This document shows positions 10,501-18,691 of a stretch of 64,000 nucleotides of DNA, one piece after another. Source of the DNA: Marine Group II euryarchaeote MED-G37 (lineage in GTDB: Archaea; Thermoplasmatota; Poseidoniia; Poseidoniales; Thalassarchaeaceae); contig NTJQ01000001.1 in the NCBI GenBank assembly GCA_002457555.1, positions 132,420-196,419 on the forward strand. Reading direction: 5' to 3'. How positions within the stretch are numbered: the stretch's first letter is position 1; each line of letters begins with the position of its first letter. A program made the position numbers and the translations under genes. Below the pieces are notes generated by a model. It was not told where the DNA came from and made no database searches. It saw only the letters and a program-made list of their open reading frames with translations.

Positions 10501-10838
10501 TTGCTGCAATGAGTCTGGGTGTAGGAATAGACTACGTTATCCACGTGGTTGAGAGGTATCGAGAGGAACGTGCAACCGGTGCTGATGTAGAGGCCAGCAT
10601 CAAGGCGATTGGCGGTGCTGCAGGCCTTGCCCTGTTCGGATCAGCCGTCTCTGATGTAACAGGTTTCCTAATCATAACTCGTTCTGCAATGGGCTTCTTT
10701 GCAAGCTTCGGTTTATTCTGTGCTGCAATGATTGGCCTTTCCTTATTCGCCAGCCTAGTCGTTACACCTGCAATGCTTGGTGCTATGTCTCGAACACGGA
10801 GCAACGAGACTCAGCAGGTTGAAGCAGTTGGGGCTTGA
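7569..10838 (+). CDS. RND-superfamily (MMPL/HpnN-like) exporter, 12 TM with two large external loops
   Basis: Duplicated halves with GIDDSLHALHRYKEE and GIDYVIHVVERYREE motifs; first loop about 350 aa. Confidence 0.8.
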   Translation: MREVRDFGKVADILLPRSFKMHAAVLAISLFMIPGLIASLTPIDVQSYDMESPELSANQVVTEEFEAAEKTHGFAVSVRANEAILAGNPAPHLTDSGDIDYANLPHPSERLAFQGTSAGLVGDDIPIGGILNLTVLREIESKTDIASSHYLLNYTRPLVTELTGTGFMGPMSLPDILRAFMAGESLLTQPTVNVFGIPQPPKTNWEDCGVLECLTYDNPNVTQDHIDLAAHRMIMNSDGAMLRWFSTDRGFTHDENSTLIGPIGGTIREDGTFDEDVTWGPGRWSSSTTWILIQLSRTDLEENGITYYWADAENQRGGYEFEGLNLVTTPPQYSVADCREAKESGDELCSFEWAIMDLEKQMRTTDQLALTFSINEGVNVELNRELLESSLLLIAMAIAITILLWFSLRRASDVVIVGATLLFALLWMQGSIGWMMVLGERYGFKIISKSQFSNLLPILVIALGIDDSLHALHRYKEERRQGRSPEQSAHASLSRVGRAIMLTSFTTMSAFAANLTSDIAALRSFGVEAALGVAAAFILTGLWAPLIRMDWDKYLRGKRKLPEEEEGITHMISEEKLVKIADNSSKNSAVLLVLIFAITAVAVPMMLSLEGDFKVEDFLDEESDFAQAVELVNTRFSDEGEPAVVILEGDMLDPRVFAAIQETRDNMAEPSPNDPGKYTKTPLGTPELHAVDELVWAAKASMFANVTPFVEAGWESDTLECDRLPMGLPDDTDRDCLRFMYGFVYVYGVPEGGYIPHIPPSLTALNIAPNCEIDPEMVHLCLGGNIPEYPRMTLRWGIANPEQFIVVEQVLAELEMDMQPFQELAAQGLSERADINSATEEYPVTWAIATGDPVTRFVAANSMQNQLQGTLVLGVLFCLITLWWGFRKVEYGFDDYSLRDLAVSSPVIVAITGYVYLTVSVNLAIAIAILLVIGAGYWGTRSLSTAIFTTIPIVIVIIWLYAIIAAAGYGLNMVTVAIAAMSLGVGIDYVIHVVERYREERATGADVEASIKAIGGAAGLALFGSAVSDVTGFLIITRSAMGFFASFGLFCAAMIGLSLFASLVVTPAMLGAMSRTRSNETQQVEAVGA

Positions 10839-10854
10839 CGGCTGGTCGAACAAC

Positions 10855-11181
10855 ATGGATGCTTCCGATTCGTTGACCGACCTCGAGAGAGGAAAGGAAG
10901 ACTGTGTAATGCGGTTTGCTGATGGTCAAGCATTCCGAATAAATTATCTCGATATCCGACTCGCTTGTCCTTGCGCCAAATGTAGTCCAAGACAAGAAAA
11001 TGAACAGCGAATTATTGAATTCCGAGAGGAGGTCATGAGATTACGATTGGATAAGCCAAAGGCCGAATTAGTCGGCCGTTATGGCTTGCGTTTCTCTTGG
11101 CCTAGCGGCTGTTCTAGCGGCATATTTTCCTTCCCTCTACTAAGAGGAGTCTGCGAAGAAAAAGCAATTTTAGTTAATTAA
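10855..11181 (+). CDS. DUF971 domain protein
   Basis: LACPCAKCS ... YGLRFSWPSGCSSGIFSF fits DUF971. The first ATG after the RND stop is 10855; the ORF-track start 10777 overlaps the RND gene. Confidence 0.6.
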   Translation: MDASDSLTDLERGKEDCVMRFADGQAFRINYLDIRLACPCAKCSPRQENEQRIIEFREEVMRLRLDKPKAELVGRYGLRFSWPSGCSSGIFSFPLLRGVCEEKAILVN

Positions 11182-11267
11182 TTAGGACAGAAGCGCTCAA
11201 AGGTAACCCTTGATTCCGCAAACCATCGCAATGTGGGATTCCCTCCCTCGCTGCGGTGGGTGATCCA

Positions 11268-12698
11268 ATGACCCGAGATGAGCCTAAGGCCGATGAGACT
11301 CCGCCAGAAGAGGAGGAGTGGCAACTCTACGCAACTGCTGGTTATGCTGCCGCAGAAGATCCTTGGGACGACTTAGTTGAGATTCAAGATGATGATGAGG
11401 AAGAAGAGGAATGGTTCGATGGTGACGACTTCGAAAACAATGGGCAAACTTTGGATTGGGACTCTCCGCCTTGTCCAGCTCCATTAGGCATAGCTCACAT
11501 GATTCGACTTGGTACGTGCAATCACTGCTTACACCGAGTTGGCGGACGTCGTACTGAAGAAATCGGAGAGAAGGGGGGTGCATCTCTTCGTGCTGAAGCC
11601 TTTGCTAGGGACAAGGAATTGCAATCATTTGAGGCACCCGAACTATGTCCACTATGCGAGAACCTCTTCGAAGATGTCGATAATATCGTCGAGAGGGTAG
11701 TAGAACAAACCGGCGAACTCGATCATGGCTCATTACAAATTGGAGTTCACGTTCCTAAAGATTTAATTCAGGAAGAAGACAGAATTCGCACTCGTCATGC
11801 GGCACCTGGTTCTCGCCCGTTGAAGGCGGCATTTTCAGAATCGGTTCAGAAAGGAGTTGCTGCACGAATGGAAGGTGTTGAATTCGTTAAAGAACGACCG
11901 GATTTGATGATTTTAATCGATTGTTTAACCCTAAGGGTCGATGTTGATATTCGTCCGGTATTCATCTACGGTCGTTATCGAAAGTTGGGTCGAGGAATAC
12001 CTCAGACCCGCTGGCCTTGCCGCTCTTGCCGTGGCCGTGCAGAGGGTTGTGAAGCCTGTGAAGGAACAGGATTGCAATATCCTGATTCTGTGCAAGACCT
12101 AATCGGTGAACCATTCCGGCTAGTTTTATCCGCAGAAAACACCTCATTCCATGGAATGGGACGAGAAGACATCGATGTCCGCTGTTTAGGAAGAGGTCGC
12201 CCCTTTGTCCTAGAAGTAAAGCGCCCAAAGGTTCGTCGCACAGACCTGGAGGAAGTCATGAAAGCAGTCAACTCAAATGGTGTGGATAAAATCGAGATTA
12301 GTGATTTGCGTTGGACGAATCGAAGCGAAGTTAGTAGGGTGAAAGAAACCCGAGCAGAGAAGTCCTACACAATCCGTTTCTCCGTTGAAGAGCAGCCGGA
12401 GGAATCGTTCATCATTGAATCAATTTCGAAACTATCTGGAGTCACTTTGGAACAACAAACACCGAAGAGAGTCTCTCACCGCAGAGCGGACCTAATCCGC
12501 AAGCGTAAGGTAGTCTCAATAGACAATGTTGTAGTTGAAGACGACGAAATACAATTTTCGGTACGCTGCGAGGCTGGAACTTATGTCAAGGAGCTGGTGC
12601 ATTCTGACGAAGGTAGAACAGTTCCATCAGTAGCCGGTGTTTTGGAGAGTCCCTGTGAAGTAATTTGGCTAGATGTTGAGGATATCCACGCTGACTGA
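11268..12698 (+). CDS. pus10: tRNA pseudouridine(54/55) synthase Pus10
   Basis: N-terminal Zn ligands CNHC/CPLC, second Cys cluster CRSCRGRAEGCEACEG, catalytic region EDIDVRCLGRGRPFVLEV; acidic N-terminal extension. Confidence 0.85.
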   Translation: MTRDEPKADETPPEEEEWQLYATAGYAAAEDPWDDLVEIQDDDEEEEEWFDGDDFENNGQTLDWDSPPCPAPLGIAHMIRLGTCNHCLHRVGGRRTEEIGEKGGASLRAEAFARDKELQSFEAPELCPLCENLFEDVDNIVERVVEQTGELDHGSLQIGVHVPKDLIQEEDRIRTRHAAPGSRPLKAAFSESVQKGVAARMEGVEFVKERPDLMILIDCLTLRVDVDIRPVFIYGRYRKLGRGIPQTRWPCRSCRGRAEGCEACEGTGLQYPDSVQDLIGEPFRLVLSAENTSFHGMGREDIDVRCLGRGRPFVLEVKRPKVRRTDLEEVMKAVNSNGVDKIEISDLRWTNRSEVSRVKETRAEKSYTIRFSVEEQPEESFIIESISKLSGVTLEQQTPKRVSHRRADLIRKRKVVSIDNVVVEDDEIQFSVRCEAGTYVKELVHSDEGRTVPSVAGVLESPCEVIWLDVEDIHAD

Positions 12699-12777
12699 AG
12701 CCCAAAGGGCTCAGATGGGCTTAAGAATGGGCGGTAGGTCGACCGCTCGCACGACCTATGGTCGAGGGGTGAAAATC

Positions 12778-13068
12778 ATGCGCAGAAGTCACGGAACTCG
12801 TCAAGGAACTCGCAGTATTCTACGTCGGTCCAAAACTCAGCGTGGTCGGATTAATATTGCTCGAGTAATGCACCAATATGAGATTGGCGATAGAGTTTCA
12901 GTCGTGCTTGATGGCTCCCAGCAAAAGGGTATGCCTCACCGCAGATTCCAAGGTGCTACTGGCGTAATTGAAGCCAAGCAAGGCCGAGCGTGGGTAGTAG
13001 CTCTACATGATAAGAACATGGCAAAGACCGTTATAGCTCGCCCAGAGCACCTACACCCATTGGAGTGA
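12778..13068 (+). CDS. rpl21e: 50S ribosomal protein L21e
   Basis: MRRSHGTRQGTRS...GDRVSVVLDGSQQKGMPHRRFQGATGVI; SD GGGGTGA upstream of ATG 12778; the longer ORF from 12673 overlaps pus10. Confidence 0.9.
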   Translation: MRRSHGTRQGTRSILRRSKTQRGRINIARVMHQYEIGDRVSVVLDGSQQKGMPHRRFQGATGVIEAKQGRAWVVALHDKNMAKTVIARPEHLHPLE

Positions 13069-13073
13069 TTTAC

Positions 13074-13427
13074 ATGAGTAATAGAGAGTTCGTCGACTTC
13101 GCCACCGTACGTGATTTGCTATTGGATGCACGAGAACGACGTGGCGAATTGTCATACGAGCAGAAGGTCGCTCTTCAACACGCTGAGTGGGCTGCTAGCG
13201 AGAACCGAGGGGGCATAAAGACAAGTCCTGAGATATTCACTAACCTATTCGAAGATCTTGCAAAGAACGAGAAATTAGGCCAGTATCCAGAGGTTTGTGC
13301 AAAGATTGCCGAACTTGCCCCAATGGAAGTTGAGAATGTTAGGGTCATTATCGCATCTAAGAGAATCGCAATGGATACAGACGAGGTAGAAGAGATTATC
13401 ACCATCGTTAGACAACACATTCTTTGA
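13074..13427 (+). CDS. rpoF: DNA-directed RNA polymerase subunit Rpo4/F
   Basis: About 117 aa, immediately after rpl21e as in the conserved archaeal L21e-RpoF-DUF655-KsgA cluster; helical, acidic composition. Confidence 0.7.
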   Translation: MSNREFVDFATVRDLLLDARERRGELSYEQKVALQHAEWAASENRGGIKTSPEIFTNLFEDLAKNEKLGQYPEVCAKIAELAPMEVENVRVIIASKRIAMDTDEVEEIITIVRQHIL

Positions 13428-13450
13428 GTTGCAAATTAGATAATTTTACC

Positions 13451-13480
13451 AAAATTCAGCGTTTTGCTGAAATTTTGTTT
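13451..13480 (+). terminator. AT-rich hairpin plus oligo-T tracts downstream of rpoF
   Basis: AAAATTCAGC-GTTTT-GCTGAAATTTT followed by GTTT, 24 nt after the rpoF stop; archaeal termination uses oligo-T. Confidence 0.3.
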
Positions 13481-13537
13481 GACCTTACAAAACACATTCA
13501 TTCATGAGGGATAACCGAACTCCGGGGACTGAGGAAT

Positions 13538-14107
13538 ATGCAGCCGAATGGCAATGTTAACGGCGACGCAGCCGATGGACCCTTTGCCTCTGAGACTCAT
13601 GTTCGTGTCCTCGATGTCATGAAAAGAAGGCCCGTGGGCATGGAAATTCATGCTATTTCGGAACCAGGACTTCACATTGTTCGGGCAAGATTGAACGATG
13701 GATTCTCCTCTGAATCTGGTGACCATTTTGCTCTTGAGTCAGGTAAGTCCGGGCCACTATCGCCTCTACGCTTCCAAGATATATCTGGAGAAGCTAATTC
13801 GGTCTTGCAAGAAGTGATTGCAGAATCGATCAAAGAAAATCCCGACTCACATTTGGGGTTCTATAACCGAGCTAACAACATTTCACGCAAGGTTCATGCC
13901 TTTCAATTGCTACCGGGAGTTGGCAGTTCAACCGCTAGGTCTTGGGTTGAATCTCGTGGACCCAATGGCTGGGTTGACCTAGATGAAGTAAGTCAAAAAC
14001 TCGATATTGACGCAGTCGAATTGCTAGCGGAGAGATATGTAAGTGAAATGGAAAATCCAGGAGAAGTTCCCTGCCTGCTAGATTTACTGGTGAGGGTCGG
14101 CGCCTAA
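13538..14107 (+). CDS. DUF655 (COG1491) putative RNA-binding protein
   Basis: FYNRANNISRKVHAFQLLPGVGSSTARSWVESRG (HhH-like) plus its position in the conserved cluster. Confidence 0.7.
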   Translation: MQPNGNVNGDAADGPFASETHVRVLDVMKRRPVGMEIHAISEPGLHIVRARLNDGFSSESGDHFALESGKSGPLSPLRFQDISGEANSVLQEVIAESIKENPDSHLGFYNRANNISRKVHAFQLLPGVGSSTARSWVESRGPNGWVDLDEVSQKLDIDAVELLAERYVSEMENPGEVPCLLDLLVRVGA

Positions 14108-14120
14108 TCGAGGTGGGCGT

Positions 14121-14993
14121 ATGGACGATCTCGATGTCCGATTGCTAGTAGAATTGCTACGCGACCGAATTATTCCAGATAGAACTCTCGGCCAACATTT
14201 CCTGCTCGATGAAGCGGTTATCGCTAGGGCAGTAGAAATTGCCTCCAAGAATCATCCTATTAACGAGCAAAGTCATGTTTTGGAGATTGGTCCAGGCCCA
14301 GGTTCTCTGACATTAGAATTATTGCGAACGGGAGCAAAGGTAACCGCCATAGAATTAGATCAGGAATCCACAAATCACCTCGCTAGAGTTTTCAACGGTT
14401 CGGATGGGAAATTGCAAGTTATTCACGCCGACGCACTAGAAATCGATTGGCCAGAAGACATTACCCATATTGTTGCCAATCTCCCATACCAGATATCTAG
14501 TCCCGTGTTAGAGAAAATTCAGAAGCATCATTCCAACGCCCAAATCAAAGGAATTTCATTGCTAGTTCAGGAAGAATTTGCAGAACGTATGGCGATGAAC
14601 AAAGGGCATGCTACCCGTGGCCCCCTAGGTCACTCACTTTGGCTTGACTTTGATGTCGAACTGGATGCAAAGGTTGCACCTCATTCATTTAGCCCCTCAC
14701 CAAGAGTACATTCACGGCTGACAAATTTAGTTCCAGTTAACCGTGAAATAACACAATCAATTGACAACCGTCTATACAGAATGGTCATTACAGGATGTTT
14801 TGCCAATCGACGACGAAAACTTAGGACATCTCTAAAGAATCCCCCAAAACGCCTCAATAGAATACCTGGTTGGCATCGTTCCCGATGGCAAACAACAATC
14901 AAGACAATATCTAGCGAAACTCTTGAACTCCGACCTGAGAATCTAACTTCGGAGGAGTGGGTCTTGCTAATCAGACAAATTAGCCAGTCTTGA
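14121..14993 (+). CDS. rsmA: 16S rRNA (adenine-N6,N6)-dimethyltransferase RsmA/KsgA/Dim1
   Basis: GQHFLLD, SAM motif VLEIGPGPGSLT, catalytic ANLPYQISSP. Confidence 0.9.
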   Translation: MDDLDVRLLVELLRDRIIPDRTLGQHFLLDEAVIARAVEIASKNHPINEQSHVLEIGPGPGSLTLELLRTGAKVTAIELDQESTNHLARVFNGSDGKLQVIHADALEIDWPEDITHIVANLPYQISSPVLEKIQKHHSNAQIKGISLLVQEEFAERMAMNKGHATRGPLGHSLWLDFDVELDAKVAPHSFSPSPRVHSRLTNLVPVNREITQSIDNRLYRMVITGCFANRRRKLRTSLKNPPKRLNRIPGWHRSRWQTTIKTISSETLELRPENLTSEEWVLLIRQISQS

Positions 14994-15093
14994 GCCATGC
15001 TGAGAACCAGAGAACCACGCCTTCAAAGCCCACAGTAGGTTCGGGACCAATAGCGGAGCGTAAGCAGGCCTCGCTGGGAAGGGAGATGGTTAA

Positions 15094-16185
15094 ATGGCCA
15101 AGAAGGACACTTATCTCGCGCTTTTGCGTAGAGGAATTGATGAAAATACAGCCCAACTCCTTGCAGACTCGGGTATCAAAGTTGGCGATTTGAAGAAACT
15201 CGACGAAGAGAAACTTCGCAATAACTACGGTCTCAAGAAAGAGATAGCCAAATCAGTTCTTGAGGCAGTCAAATCAGGACCTAGAGCGGCTGCAAAGCAA
15301 CGTTACCTAGCCGATGTTCTTTCCAAGGACCAAAAAAAGAAGGTCGACAAAATCGAGGAGCAACGCTTCAAGCGTGAGCAGAAGGATATCGTTACAGAAC
15401 TTAATGAGAAGAAAGAGGAATTACGCATAGCCAAGGTCGAGGCTTTCCGCTCCAAGAAACTGGTCATGAATCGACTAGGTAAAACGGTTGAACTTATTGT
15501 CAAATTGGAGAACTCATTCGATGATGAATCTAAGCGCGAACAGCGCACCAAACTACGTGATCAACTTGAGACTAGAGGTTTAGAAGCGGCTAGAGACCAC
15601 GAGATGCTTGAATTGGTAGGAACCCCTCAAGACATTGTGGATTTCCGCCGAAAAATAGCCCCTAAACTGTGTATGTACGCTTGCCCAGAATGTGGTGAGG
15701 AAATGGACCCTCGAGGCGGCAACGTCATTGAGGATACACGGGATTTCTCCTTTGTTTGCTGGGAGTGTGAGGAAGAATTCCATGCTCCAATGGCAAACTT
15801 TGTCGATAAGCAACTAAACAACGGCTCTCGGATAAAAATTGATCCAAAGATGAAACCACGAGAAAAGCGTGTTCGAAAGCCGAAGAAGAAGTCGGCTGAA
15901 ACAATCAAGGATTTGATGGTGAAGGATTTGGAAGCGACCGGAGCATCCGCTGAAGAGATGGCAGCAGCAGTCGAAGCAAGCGACTTGACTGGCGGCTTGA
16001 TGAGTATTGATGAGTGGATTGACCAGACGCTCGCTGCGAAGGGCTACATCCAAGCGCAAGAACATCGAGAAGACTTCATTCTCGCTACCGGTGCTGGTGC
16101 TACCAAGTTCAACAAGTGGATGAAGAAGGCAGGCCTTGTCTTCAATAAGCAGACAGGACAGTGGACTCGCTGGAAGAATGACTGA
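15094..16185 (+). CDS. hypothetical protein: HhH-like N-terminus, charged coiled coil, zinc ribbon, basic patch
   Basis: 363-aa ORF; GIDENTAQLLADSGIKVGDLKKL; CPECGEEM...CWECEEEF; KPREKRVRKPKKK; no family recognised. Confidence 0.6.
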   Translation: MAKKDTYLALLRRGIDENTAQLLADSGIKVGDLKKLDEEKLRNNYGLKKEIAKSVLEAVKSGPRAAAKQRYLADVLSKDQKKKVDKIEEQRFKREQKDIVTELNEKKEELRIAKVEAFRSKKLVMNRLGKTVELIVKLENSFDDESKREQRTKLRDQLETRGLEAARDHEMLELVGTPQDIVDFRRKIAPKLCMYACPECGEEMDPRGGNVIEDTRDFSFVCWECEEEFHAPMANFVDKQLNNGSRIKIDPKMKPREKRVRKPKKKSAETIKDLMVKDLEATGASAEEMAAAVEASDLTGGLMSIDEWIDQTLAAKGYIQAQEHREDFILATGAGATKFNKWMKKAGLVFNKQTGQWTRWKND

Positions 16186-16228
16186 ATCCGCCGGTCGATT
16201 TGAAGACGAATAATCGAGTCGGGGTATC

Positions 16229-16516
16229 ATGGCGATAGTCCGCTTCTTTCGCGGGGCTCTTCTTCTTGGGGTAGCAGAAGCCGAAGAAGACGAGCCTTTG
16301 GTTGAGGTGGCCGAGAAGGCTGGAGTGGTTATTCCGACGAACTGTACTTCGGGCAACTGCGGAACATGTTTAGTTCGATTGAAGAGCGGTGAAGTGGATT
16401 ATCCAGAGCCATTACCCCCTGGTCTTGATGAATTCCTAGTAGAGGAGGGGGGGATTCTGTCGTGCTGTATGAAAGCAAACGGAACCTGCGATATCGATGT
16501 AATTCCACCTTTGTGA
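16229..16516 (+). CDS. plant-type [2Fe-2S] ferredoxin
   Basis: CTSGNCGTC (Cx4Cx2C) plus distal SCC; SD GGGGT 5 nt upstream. Confidence 0.8.
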   Translation: MAIVRFFRGALLLGVAEAEEDEPLVEVAEKAGVVIPTNCTSGNCGTCLVRLKSGEVDYPEPLPPGLDEFLVEEGGILSCCMKANGTCDIDVIPPL

Positions 16517-16525
16517 TGTGATATT

Positions 16526-16687
16526 ATGAACGATCAAGAATTTATTTTCCTTGTGATCTTTAATTTGATAGGTGTGGGAATTGCTGTTTGGTTCCTATAC
16601 ACTCGTCTGCGCGCTAAACTCGTAGAGGTAGAGGAGCGTAAAGCACGAAGATGGAAACGTGATAGTAAAATGGAGAGTGAAGAATGA
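16526..16687 (+). CDS. 53-aa single-pass membrane micro-protein (not in ORF track)
   Basis: Hand translation: [53 protein letters not shown]. The stop overlaps the cupin ATG as ATGA (16684-16687). Confidence 0.45.
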   Translation: MNDQEFIFLVIFNLIGVGIAVWFLYTRLRAKLVEVEERKARRWKRDSKMESEE

Positions 16688-17046
16688 TCGATATAATCAA
16701 CCTGAAAGAAAAACTCGGGAAATTTTCCGACCATTGGTCGCCAAAAGTTATTGCTGAATTAAATGATTATCAATTCAAATTAGTGAAAATCCAAGGCGAA
16801 TTCGTATGGCATAATCATCCAGATACCGACGAGGTGTTCATTGTTATTGAGGGTACTATGAATATCGAGTTTGAGAATGAAACAGTGCAACTAACCGAGG
16901 GTGAGATGTTAGTGGTCCCGAAAGGTGTCGAGCACAAACCGTATGCAGAATCCGAATGCAAAGTTATGCTCGTTGAGCCTCGTGGTGTAGTAAATACTGG
17001 AGATTCCGATAGCGAACTTACAGCAGATAATAACGTCTGGATTTGA
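16684..17046 (+). CDS. cupin domain protein
   Basis: [15 protein letters not shown] and PKGVEHKP cupin_2 motifs. Confidence 0.8.
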   Translation: MIDIINLKEKLGKFSDHWSPKVIAELNDYQFKLVKIQGEFVWHNHPDTDEVFIVIEGTMNIEFENETVQLTEGEMLVVPKGVEHKPYAESECKVMLVEPRGVVNTGDSDSELTADNNVWI

Positions 17047-17050
17047 CTGC

Positions 17051-17350
17051 TCATTCGTTAATCGCAGCAGTCCATCTGTCTGCTTGAGGCACACCAACAA
17101 CTTCGATATGACAAGCGAGAACTCCCTTTTGTTGATTGATTTCAGAGCGAAGTTCCATCAGATCGTTGATACAACATGGGCAATGTGCTCTAGTTGGTTG
17201 AACCCACAATTGAACTATTCCTGCATCATCAACTTCAACTCCTTTCAGAATTGATTCATCAATCATTTCCATTCCATGAGGTTCTATTCTTCCTCGTAGT
17301 AACCTTGCAAGCCGCTTTTGAGCAGTCGATTTAGCTCGGGACACAATCAT
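17051..17350 (-). CDS. DUF59/MIP18-like (Fe-S assembly associated) domain protein
   Basis: IVQLWVQPTRAHCPCC...GVLACHIEVV...DRW fits the DUF59 pattern; ATGA overlap with the upstream M24 gene stop sets the start at 17350. Confidence 0.5.
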   Translation of the reverse strand: MIVSRAKSTAQKRLARLLRGRIEPHGMEMIDESILKGVEVDDAGIVQLWVQPTRAHCPCCINDLMELRSEINQQKGVLACHIEVVGVPQADRWTAAINE

Positions 17351-18603
17351 TTCTCCCATTCTGTGAGCAAATCCCATGAATCTCCCATAGTCATACATTC
17401 CATCCCATCCGAAGTTCGAGCAAATGTGTCCTCAGTGCCTATTGCTCCTGAGTCATAGATTACCTTAGGTTCAACCGCCATCGTTCCTCCAATCTGGAGT
17501 TCTCTATCAAAACGGTCGGCGATAACTGGAGTCTCATCAAGCTCTAACCCTACTGAATGGCCAAGGAATACGGCTTGTTCGGGCGGCATTCCCATAAGAT
17601 GTTCAGAATAGCCCATTTCTTCAGCCATCGCACTACCAATTCTCCAAGACTCTGAACAATAGTCCCCTCTTCCGAGGCTTGCAACAACCGAGTCTCTAAT
17701 CTCTGCCATGTCGTCCAATTTAGTGACCGATTCCTCATTGAGTCGGCCAGCGCAGAACATTCGTGTACAATCTGAGACATACCCACGGTGTAGATGGACA
17801 ATATCGACTATTACAGGCTCGCCGGCTACGACTTTTGCATGACCGGCACCTAGTGAAGAGATTGGACTTGCTCCTAGTCCACCGATAGCAGAATCGAAGT
17901 ACGATGGAACTGCTCCGGACCTTCCAGCAGCGATTACAACACGGTCGCAATCCATTGGCCATCGCCTCATCCTAATACGCCCTCCAAATCCTGCGGCTCG
18001 ACTGACTTCATCGGCCGCAGCAGCCATTTCTAATTCGCTGCTGCCTTCCCCCCCAACTTCTCGGACTGCTTTGAACATCTGACGATTTATTCGTCCACTC
18101 TCTCGCAGCATTTCAAGTTCCCAAGCAGATTTTGTTTCACGTAAACCATACATCAGGTAAGTCGAGTCCTGTAATTCACCTAGATCAGATAATCTTCTCG
18201 AGAAGTATTGCCATCTGTCATGTGGCATTTTTCCAGCCAGCATTGCAGGCGCAGAAGTTGCACCAAGCGAACGGAGTGCATTGGTCATTTGTCTCATTGT
18301 TGGCTGAGCGTTAATCGGGTCCGGAGCATTGTCCCCTCCTGACTCGAATATTGCTCTTTGGAGTGATTTACGAACCCAATGTGTATTCTCTACATCTGAA
18401 CCATCGGCACCGATTAGGATCATCCCGTTTTGTCTACCACCAGTTAACCAGTAGAGTTCCACTGGGTCATCGATTAGGGCAGACTCGAAACCGGTTTCTG
18501 CAAGTGCTGATGACAGACGGCTACGACGTTCTTCCAACTCGGCAACCGGAACTCTCCAGTCTTCTCCATCTGGCCCGGTAAGTCGCTCCGCATCCCACGC
18601 CAT
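17347..18603 (-). CDS. M24 family metallopeptidase (Xaa-Pro aminopeptidase/creatinase-like)
   Basis: VHLHRGYVSDCTRMF, GHSVGLELDETP, pita-bread fold length. Start taken at MAWDAERL (18603) to avoid overlap with divergent pgk; 18672 is also possible. Confidence 0.8.
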   Translation of the reverse strand: MAWDAERLTGPDGEDWRVPVAELEERRSRLSSALAETGFESALIDDPVELYWLTGGRQNGMILIGADGSDVENTHWVRKSLQRAIFESGGDNAPDPINAQPTMRQMTNALRSLGATSAPAMLAGKMPHDRWQYFSRRLSDLGELQDSTYLMYGLRETKSAWELEMLRESGRINRQMFKAVREVGGEGSSELEMAAAADEVSRAAGFGGRIRMRRWPMDCDRVVIAAGRSGAVPSYFDSAIGGLGASPISSLGAGHAKVVAGEPVIVDIVHLHRGYVSDCTRMFCAGRLNEESVTKLDDMAEIRDSVVASLGRGDYCSESWRIGSAMAEEMGYSEHLMGMPPEQAVFLGHSVGLELDETPVIADRFDRELQIGGTMAVEPKVIYDSGAIGTEDTFARTSDGMECMTMGDSWDLLTEWEK

Positions 18604-18691
18604 CAACTGCGCCACTACGGCAAAGACACAAAGGCATTGGGGGGGAGTTCTGAGCCGTCCAATCTCCATCATTATCAAAAGACGACTGCTG

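Noticed and set aside
12673-12777. Long form of the L21e ORF (131 aa) overlapping pus10
   Set aside because: L21e homologues begin at MRRSHG..., and ATG 12778 has a GGGGTGA SD. The upstream 35 codons are unrelated Arg/Gly-rich sequence overlapping the pus10 3' end.
15814-16356. 180-aa minus-strand ORF spanning the end of the 363-aa gene and the ferredoxin start
   Set aside because: It overlaps two + strand genes that have SD sites and recognisable motifs. The translated sequence is Ser/Arg-rich, typical of an antisense frame.
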